In this document: positions 57,671-64,000 of the stretch, piece after piece
Layout: each line of letters opens with the position of its first letter
Numbering within the stretch: the first letter of the stretch is position 1
NCBI GenBank assembly: GCA_018826905.1
Contig: JAHJYC010000002.1
Coordinates: 14,786-78,785, forward strand
DNA from: Patescibacteria group bacterium
GTDB taxonomy: Bacteria; Patescibacteriota; Minisyncoccia; Phycocordibacterales; Phycocordibacteraceae
Length of the DNA stretch: 64,000 nucleotides
Direction: 5' to 3'
The notes under the pieces: generated by a model
What the model saw: only the letters and a program-made list of their open reading frames with translations
Databases searched by the model: none
Told to the model about the DNA's origin: nothing
Program-made: the position numbers and the translations under genes

Positions 57671-57880
57671 TCATGCCTGACCATTTGTAAAGGGCGGAAG
57701 AATTTTTTGAGGGCTGGCATCGCTGGGTTTGTACAGGGTAATAAACGCGATGACAAAGAACACCAGGCTGGCTATAAAAAACCACCCCGCACGTTCCTTG
57801 TCGCCAGAATTGACCGACAGGTTCATGAGCACGATGGCTACCACAAACGAGCCGGCACAGATCCATCCGTTCTTAGACAT
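57671..57880 (-). CDS. Small two-TM orphan protein (cassette J)
   Basis: GAAAGG SD; TTGACA upstream; hairpin cgcgcttaa...ttaagcgcg downstream. Confidence 0.6.
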   Translation of the reverse strand: MSKNGWICAGSFVVAIVLMNLSVNSGDKERAGWFFIASLVFFVIAFITLYKPSDASPQKILPPFTNGQA

Positions 57881-58413
57881 GACAAAGAACCTTTCTTCTA
57901 TAGCTTGATTGCTAAAACAGCTCAATTAAAGTTTGCCAGATGTACAGACCGTGTCAATTCAAGTCTAAAGTGGAAAGGGAATTGAATGCAAACTAGCCTG
58001 CTATGGCCACAATCCAAAAACCACTCCCCTAGCATCCAAAATCCCAAATCGGGGAAGGGGTCTCTTTTTGTTTTATTAAGCGCAAATATTATTTACAAGC
58101 CTTGAAGCGAGACACAGGTCGCCTGATAGAAAACAGATATACGTCTCAATAGGGGATAGAGAAGTCTGGATAAGGACTCAAGGCAGATTAAGTAATAACC
58201 GTGCAGAAGCCTAGATTCTTAATGTGCGCACAATATACCTTTTACGATAAACAAACAAACCTTTATATACAACGCGCCTGGGCTGCGAGCTATTTAGTTC
58301 GCTCTTCTTTCCTTCTTTGGATGCATCTACGCTTGCGTACGGGCTCCTGAGGCTGGCAGGAGATGGTGATCTCTCCCTTTCTATGCGTGCCGGCTATTTT
58401 CTCTATAAAAAGA

Positions 58414-58460
58414 CACTCCCCCGATACGTCCCAAATCTGAGTTTGGGTATCGGGGGAGTG
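58414..58460. terminator. Long hairpin downstream of the lapA-like gene
   Basis: cactcccccgatac / gtatcgggggagtg. Confidence 0.6.
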
Positions 58461-58478
58461 GTACTTCCCTATTCTTTT

Positions 58479-58811
58479 CTACATTGCTGAAGGGTGAGTT
58501 GGTGGAGGTGTTGTTGCATTAAGACGTGCAGTTGCTTCCTGGGCAGTGTGCAAGTATTCCTGAGTCTCTTCTTGAAGCGATTTGTTCTGCTTCTTAAGTC
58601 TTGATATAGCCATGCTGCTCCTTACAGCACTTGGAATTGAAGCTAGGAGACTGAATACAATACCAACAAGCATTGAGAGCATAACGACAATTGCGAGTGA
58701 ACTCTCAAACTGCCAGCCAATAAATGAGAGTGCAACAGTAGCGGTGTTTTGAAGAATAAAGATAATCGCACCAGCACCGATAACGAATCCGAGTATTAGA
58801 GAAAGAATCAT
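58479..58811 (-). CDS. LapA-domain (DUF1049) membrane protein
   Basis: FILQN...V.LSF.GWQF pattern plus coiled coil. Confidence 0.85.
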   Translation of the reverse strand: MILSLILGFVIGAGAIIFILQNTATVALSFIGWQFESSLAIVVMLSMLVGIVFSLLASIPSAVRSSMAISRLKKQNKSLQEETQEYLHTAQEATARLNATTPPPTHPSAM

Positions 58812-58852
58812 GCTCACAGTCTACCGTGAGTAGAGTGAAGCTTTCATGAAAC

Positions 58853-59722
58853 CTATGCAGTCGCTACTTTTGTTTTACAACTCTCAGAGCAGTACGTTCC
58901 TTCTTCAGACTGACAGCTCTCGCAAGCAAGAAAATGGAGATGGCATAAATCATTTTTACAGTTCACATAGAGCTCTGTTGTTTCAGAGCATAGATGGCAG
59001 ACACCAACGACAGTGCGGTCCCCACCAAAGTCCATTGTTTTTCGTCTATCAAAGGTATAGAGAGCACCTTCAAAGTCTTTGCCTGGGAACTTTTCCATGT
59101 AGGAATGGATCCCATTCTCCAATTGGTACACATCCTCAAACCCGTGTTCAAGCAAAAAGGCAGACATCTTTTCGCAACGAATGCCTCCCGTACATACCGT
59201 AAGGACCGTCTTGTCCTTAAGAGACTCAAGTTTTGGGAGTGCCTTAGGGAGATCACGAGAATTCTCAAGACCTGGATTTATAGAATCCTTGAAGTGCCCA
59301 GACTGATACTCATAGTCGTTACGCATATCAACGACAACAAAATCTCGTTGTTCTTCGTACCAGGTGCGGAGCTCTTCAGCAGAGAGACGCTTTCCAGTTC
59401 TTTTTGTAGGGTCAATCTTCTTATCAAACTTTGTTCCAACAATCTCTTCACGAACCTTAACGGAAAGCTTTGGGAACGAGTCTCCGGTACCCACACTTCG
59501 CTTTACGTTCATGTCTTTAAATAAGGAATAGGAAAGGAGGGCAGAGGCAAACTGCTCTGTTTGTTCTACTTCCCCTTCTACAGTGCCGTTAATTCCCTCC
59601 TCAGCGATAAGAATGCGACCAACTAGGGAATGTGCAACAGCAAGATCCCGTAGCTGCTCCTTAAGAAGCTCGGGATCTTGAATAGATACGTATTTGTAGA
59701 ACAGAAGCACTTGATGCGTCAT
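58853..59722 (-). CDS. trhO: Rhodanese-domain tRNA uridine(34) hydroxylase (UPF0176)
   Basis: EGINGT, DMRNDYE..GHF, CTGGIRCEK and FDRR motifs. Confidence 0.9.
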   Translation of the reverse strand: MTHQVLLFYKYVSIQDPELLKEQLRDLAVAHSLVGRILIAEEGINGTVEGEVEQTEQFASALLSYSLFKDMNVKRSVGTGDSFPKLSVKVREEIVGTKFDKKIDPTKRTGKRLSAEELRTWYEEQRDFVVVDMRNDYEYQSGHFKDSINPGLENSRDLPKALPKLESLKDKTVLTVCTGGIRCEKMSAFLLEHGFEDVYQLENGIHSYMEKFPGKDFEGALYTFDRRKTMDFGGDRTVVGVCHLCSETTELYVNCKNDLCHLHFLACESCQSEEGTYCSESCKTKVATA

Positions 59723-59758
59723 ATGGCCCTGATTCTACACTAGACTAGAGCTTTCTGG

Positions 59759-60595
59759 CTAGAAGCCGAGTCTCCAGGTGGTGCCACGTATAGGGAAGGC
59801 TCCGTATACGTCTGCTCCAGTGTCTATAGAATCAACGTCTAACATAAGCGTCTGCCCCGCTTCCCCGCTAGCACTAGAGCTCAGGTTGCTCTTAAGTGTA
59901 AAGATACGGAATGAACGCGGGCTCATAACCGCACTCAGTGGAACGTACACTTCGTTGCCATCAAAATCAGAAGTAACAGTTGTGCGTGAACCGCCCTTGT
60001 CATCATTCGTTGCGAAGCTGGTTATTACGTCTGTGTCAGCGGACCCGTTTTGTACAAGAGTAAATCCATTTATGAGAGCAGCCTCTGAACTCGTGTTCTC
60101 AACTTTAATGTAGGCAACAGGGACAGATGCGCCTCTTGCTGCAACACCTCCAGTGAGGAGTGGTATTGAACTAACTGAAAGTACCCCAGCATCCTCATCA
60201 ATGTCTGAGACATCTACGGTGCTTGTTTGTTGCCCAGCAATTTGTAACTCTGCAGTACACGTCACTTCATCAGAGCCCTTCTCAAAGGTAAAGTCGTACG
60301 AACCACTTCCCTCTGCATTTAGGATGCGAAGTCCGATGGTTGCTATAGCTTTCCCTTCCCGATCTTTACCAGATTCAGCATTGATACCGATCCACGCAAG
60401 GATAACTCGCTCTCCTGTACGAATCTCAACTTCCTTAGATCCTTCAAACACCTGGTATCCACGAGGTGTGCTTGTTATAAGCAAACATCCAAGATCGTCA
60501 TCAGCTGCCTGTGCAGCCGTCGGAGTTAGTAAAAGCCCTACAATAAATAAGAGAATGAGGGGGGCGCTTAGTGCGCGCGAAAAGATCGTAGTCAT
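59759..60595 (-). CDS. Secreted beta-rich (Ig-like) surface protein
   Basis: Signal peptide ending AQA; Ser/Thr/Gly-rich. Confidence 0.7.
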   Translation of the reverse strand: MTTIFSRALSAPLILLFIVGLLLTPTAAQAADDDLGCLLITSTPRGYQVFEGSKEVEIRTGERVILAWIGINAESGKDREGKAIATIGLRILNAEGSGSYDFTFEKGSDEVTCTAELQIAGQQTSTVDVSDIDEDAGVLSVSSIPLLTGGVAARGASVPVAYIKVENTSSEAALINGFTLVQNGSADTDVITSFATNDDKGGSRTTVTSDFDGNEVYVPLSAVMSPRSFRIFTLKSNLSSSASGEAGQTLMLDVDSIDTGADVYGAFPIRGTTWRLGF

Positions 60596-60679
60596 ATGTA
60601 AGTAGTCTAACAAGTAATGCTCTTTACGTATAGTAATAAATGTCGCGTAATCTTCATGAAGATGAAGATGCTAACGAGA

Positions 60680-60709
60680 CAGGCCTTCTGCACATGTGCA
60701 GAAGGCCTG
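60680..60709. repeat. Perfect 30-bp palindrome
   Basis: caggccttctgcacatgtgcagaaggcctg. Confidence 0.9.
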
Positions 60710-60734
60710 AAGCTCTAAAATGTAAACAAAGTGA

Positions 60735-60971
60735 TTACACTCCGTTCACACGGTCTCCTACTACTTCTGAGTCTGTTGAACTGTTGATCAACATAACGCC
60801 ACTGTGTGTACCAATATTTGGAGCAGTCATGATTGCTGCTGAGGGTGTTGCTGCCTCAGTGGTCATAACTTCACCAGCCTGATTAACATATGCGAATGTT
60901 GCAGCTAGCGAGAGGCTTGGTACTGCGATAATTGCGGCAAGTGCTGCCATTCCGAGGAAAGTTGTTTTCAT
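60735..60971 (-). CDS. Small secreted protein
   Basis: Signal peptide; AYVNQAGEV...HSGVM. Confidence 0.72.
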   Translation of the reverse strand: MKTTFLGMAALAAIIAVPSLSLAATFAYVNQAGEVMTTEAATPSAAIMTAPNIGTHSGVMLINSSTDSEVVGDRVNGV

Positions 60972-61061
60972 GTGTAGTGTCTTAGGGATTAATAATCCTC
61001 TGTCACTATATAGAAGACCCCATGAACGTAAGATGAAGCGTTCATCCTCAATAACTCCAGA

Positions 61062-61319
61062 TTACGCCTGATCAGCCAGATGACGAGTAAAATGCTGCTT
61101 AATAGTGGCGTCTAGTGCGCGACTGAATTCAATGGCGTGCTTCGGCGACAGTGCTATCTCAGATACCAATTGCCCTGTTTCTGAGTTGGGGCGTACGTAG
61201 GCAAATTGAATTAATACTGCATCGTCCGATACCGTCACCTGTGTTGCGTTTACGAACTCTGCCTTCGCATCTGTCGGAAGAACAATAGATATTTGTTTTT
61301 GTTTTACTTCTCCTTCCAT
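61062..61319 (-). CDS. DUF3467-like protein
   Basis: FVNATQV...IQF...IALSPKHA pattern. Confidence 0.7.
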   Translation of the reverse strand: MEGEVKQKQISIVLPTDAKAEFVNATQVTVSDDAVLIQFAYVRPNSETGQLVSEIALSPKHAIEFSRALDATIKQHFTRHLADQA

Positions 61320-61321
61320 AC

Positions 61322-61516
61322 TTAGAATATATTCTTAATAGACTGAATAAGTCCTGCTATCCAGACAACGAGTATCTCCCATCCGTCCTTGATGTGTGCC
61401 CAGACAAAACTAAAGTTGTCCTGGCCTGTTGGAGACTCAACGATATTACGTATTGAAATCCCAAAATATGAGAGTGCCAAGACGAGAATAATGAGCAGGA
61501 TGATGAACCTAACCAT
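61322..61516 (-). CDS. Small membrane protein
   Basis: MVRFIILL...LSYFGISIRNIVESPTGQDNF; TATACT 7 nt before ATG. Confidence 0.72.
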   Translation of the reverse strand: MVRFIILLIILVLALSYFGISIRNIVESPTGQDNFSFVWAHIKDGWEILVVWIAGLIQSIKNIF

Positions 61517-61537
61517 AGATTTCAGTATACTATGGCA

Positions 61538-62176
61538 ATGTCTGTCAAAAAGGTGAACGCAGTGGATGCTGCCATGCTCCATCTGAAGCAAGTAGACCCA
61601 GTGTTGTACGCTGCCGCACTCCCCCATGTCGCCCACCTTCGTGGCAAAGCGGTACGAAGATGGAAGACGGATAACGCACTCTTTGCTGAGCTCGCAAGCT
61701 CTGTAACAGGACAGCAACTCTCCACAAAAGCTGCAGATACTATATGGCAAAGACTCGTACTCGCCTGCAAAGGTGAAGTAACTCCAGAAGCGATCTCTAA
61801 GCTACGCGTCCCCACGCTCCGCAAGGCAGGACTCTCTGCAGCAAAGGGTAAGACTCTAAAAGAGTTGGCTAAAGCAGTACAAGCAAAGGAACTTGACTTG
61901 TCTCTATTAAAGAAGCTTCCAGAAGAGGAAGCAATTATTCAACTCTCTTCAGTATGGGGTATTGGAAGATGGACCGCTGAGATGTTTCTCATGTTCGCGC
62001 TCCACAGAGAGGACGTCTTTTCTCCTGGAGATCTCGGTCTTAGGAGGTCTATAGAACAACTATATGGTCTGGAGAAAGATGTGCATCAAAAAGAGCTAGA
62101 AGCTATCTCAGTACTGTGGTCTCCACATAGGACGTTTGCGTCTAGAGTGCTGTGGAGGGTGCGGGATGATCTGTAG
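61538..62176 (+). CDS. alkA: DNA-3-methyladenine glycosylase (AlkA/HhH-GPD)
   Basis: GQQLS, GIGRWTAEMFL, DLG and WSPHRT motifs. Confidence 0.92.
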   Translation: MSVKKVNAVDAAMLHLKQVDPVLYAAALPHVAHLRGKAVRRWKTDNALFAELASSVTGQQLSTKAADTIWQRLVLACKGEVTPEAISKLRVPTLRKAGLSAAKGKTLKELAKAVQAKELDLSLLKKLPEEEAIIQLSSVWGIGRWTAEMFLMFALHREDVFSPGDLGLRRSIEQLYGLEKDVHQKELEAISVLWSPHRTFASRVLWRVRDDL

Positions 62177-62193
62177 CAGCAGTTCTGATGGAA

Positions 62194-63531
62194 CTACAGA
62201 TATGACATTGGATTCAAGTACGCGTCCTTAGGCGCAACAGGCATTGTTGCATTTGCACATCCTGTAGTAGCACCTCTGTATTGTGCGAGTGTCATAATCT
62301 GAATACCTGCCGACGCGTATACTCCAAAGTGAAGGTGTGGTCCTGTTGCGTAGCCAGTCATACCAGAGTTCCCTAAGAACTGACCTGTCGTTACACTTTG
62401 CCCTGAAGACACTGCAATGGAGGAAAGATGTGAATACAACGTTGAAAGTCCATTCGGGTGCTTCACAACAACCCACTTTCCGAATGAATAACAGCCGGGT
62501 ACTGCGTCTGTGTTCCCTGTTGCGGTAACTGTTCCTGAAAGTGCCGAGAGCACTGGAGTTCCCGTCGGCATACCAATGTCAATTGCGTTGTGTCCTGAGC
62601 CGTTATAGATCTGGGCATTTGCTGTTGCGAAGGCAGTGTTCCCAAAGTACTGCGTGATGCAGCGAGTATTGCCGAGTGCACTTGCCTTCCCTGCGCACGA
62701 TGCTGCAAAAGTAGAAGAGTATGGCCACGCAAGAACTCCTGTTTGTGCTGAGGGAGCGGCGCCCTTTCCAATAGACGCAAGACTATTTTCAAGACTTGAG
62801 AGCGCGGACTCAAACAACTTCTGCTCTGCACGCTTTTTTGTAATAAGTGCCTGGTAGGTGCTTTCCTGATTTTTTGTCTGCGTTAGAAGCTTATCCTTCT
62901 CGCTTTTTGCAACGTCTAAAGACTTCTTCTGGTTTGAAAGTTCTCCCTGAAGCGAAGTAAGTTCATTTTTCTTTGCGCTTACATCTTGCTTCTGCCCGGT
63001 GAGCTCTTCTTTTGCTTGAGAGAGGTTCGCCACATTTGCACGAAGTGCATCGTTAATGGCAGCCGCGTCGTCCATGGCAATCCATGCTGCTGTTAGGTTG
63101 TCAGCTGCGAACACCTGCTCAACTAGTGAGATATCACCCGTCTCTGCCATAGTACGAATAGATTTCTCTAGAGTTCTCTTGTCTAGGGCAATAAGTTGTT
63201 CGGTGTCCTCAATATCGTATGAAAGTTTGTCTAACTTCAGGTTTGTTGAAGAGATCTTGTTCTGCGTAAGATTAATTTGGGTGGAGGTTTGTTGACGAGA
63301 AATGTCCAACGTCTTAATTGCAGACTGTAGTGTCTGCTTCTGTCCAGACACAACATTAAGTTGCTTCTGGTATTCGTTAATTTCTTTTTCTAGTTCCTGA
63401 ATCTTTCCGTTGTGTTCTTCAATTTGGGATTTAATCTCGTCCACACTCTGTGCAAAGACATCGTTCGCAACGCCAGAAAGCGCAAGCCCGAGTACGCAGA
63501 TTGAAAGAAAGAAAAGACGGAACTTCAACAT
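62194..63531 (-). CDS. Coiled-coil M23 peptidase (EnvC/CwlO-like)
   Basis: Signal peptide; long coiled coil; HNAID, YSH and TGPHLHF motifs. Confidence 0.9.
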   Translation of the reverse strand: MLKFRLFFLSICVLGLALSGVANDVFAQSVDEIKSQIEEHNGKIQELEKEINEYQKQLNVVSGQKQTLQSAIKTLDISRQQTSTQINLTQNKISSTNLKLDKLSYDIEDTEQLIALDKRTLEKSIRTMAETGDISLVEQVFAADNLTAAWIAMDDAAAINDALRANVANLSQAKEELTGQKQDVSAKKNELTSLQGELSNQKKSLDVAKSEKDKLLTQTKNQESTYQALITKKRAEQKLFESALSSLENSLASIGKGAAPSAQTGVLAWPYSSTFAASCAGKASALGNTRCITQYFGNTAFATANAQIYNGSGHNAIDIGMPTGTPVLSALSGTVTATGNTDAVPGCYSFGKWVVVKHPNGLSTLYSHLSSIAVSSGQSVTTGQFLGNSGMTGYATGPHLHFGVYASAGIQIMTLAQYRGATTGCANATMPVAPKDAYLNPMSYL

Positions 63532-63534
63532 CCG

Positions 63535-64000
63535 CTACAGTATAGCAAGTGCAGAGCGAAGTCGTGAAGAGGACTCAGGAACGCCAAGTATGGATATAAG
63601 CGTGAAGGGGTCCGGAGACTTCTCAAGACCAGAAAGAGCGTATCGCGTTGGCCATAGCACACCGCCTCTTCCGCCCTTCCCTTTCTCTTCCTCCGCGTCA
63701 GCAATTGGCATAAGAAGTGCCTTCGCTTCATCAGCTGAAAGTGTGTCTGGAGCAGCCTCCAGAGCCCCTAAAATGCTCTCCAGGGCCTGTTTTGTAAGGT
63801 TTGCGCGCTCTGCTGGCTCCTTGGCAACCAATAGGTCTTTTTGGGGTGTGGGAGCTTCCCACATGCATGAAAGCTCTCCTTTGAGCATCTCTCTCGCCTC
63901 TCCAAAGGTATGGGTGCGTTCTCGCAAAAGCGGGACTGCTTTGCGAAGCTTCTCGGAATCAGGTGCAACAAGCAAACCACGTTCTATGAATGCTTCATCA
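63535..64000 (-). CDS. gltX: Glutamate--tRNA ligase, C-terminal anticodon-binding part (5' truncated by window)
   Basis: LRER..TF and VLWPTRYALSGLEKSPDPF motifs. Confidence 0.85.
   Translation of the reverse strand, partial: DEAFIERGLLVAPDSEKLRKAVPLLRERTHTFGEAREMLKGELSCMWEAPTPQKDLLVAKEPAERANLTKQALESILGALEAAPDTLSADEAKALLMPIADAEEEKGKGGRGGVLWPTRYALSGLEKSPDPFTLISILGVPESSSRLRSALAIL

Noticed and set aside
1-64000. CRISPR array, rRNA, IS transposase, integron integrase, or reverse transcriptase (DGR/retron)
   Set aside because: No regularly spaced repeats and no diagnostic motifs were seen in the sequence or the ORF track.

Overview
This 64-kb window reads as chromosomal DNA from a Patescibacteria (CPR) bacterium, most likely Parcubacteria; this is inferred from gene content and style. 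TGA is used as a stop, so the genetic code is 11. Core genes include partial nrdB, fmt, def, priA, murA, two mreB, mreC, mreD-like, pbp2, frr, rseP, proS, greA, mraZ, rsmH, ftsL-like, ftsI, murF, truB, rmuC, rplU, recR, dnaB, cysS, corA-like, ctpA, rplI, rpmA, alkA and partial gltX, plus tRNA-Asn(GTT) and tRNA-Glu(CTC). Five things stand out. (1) A stack of integration events at tRNA-Asn carries an MmeI-like R-M enzyme and two HEPN-like genes; its att junctions appear to cut through the 3' end of a serine recombinase gene. (2) Expression signals come in two tiers: core genes look leaderless (TAnnnT 6-10 nt before ATG), whereas about ten solitary orphan genes, several GC-rich, have their own -35/-10 promoter, Shine-Dalgarno and usually a terminator. 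(3) A highly structured ~225-nt unannotated RNA candidate lies between priA and def. (4) A YTCAY-N6-TTCAY-N11-(-10) motif precedes four unlinked genes and looks like a regulon. (5) A promoter / structured leader / terminator module lies divergent from mraZ. All calls come from reading the sequence by eye; no database searches were run.
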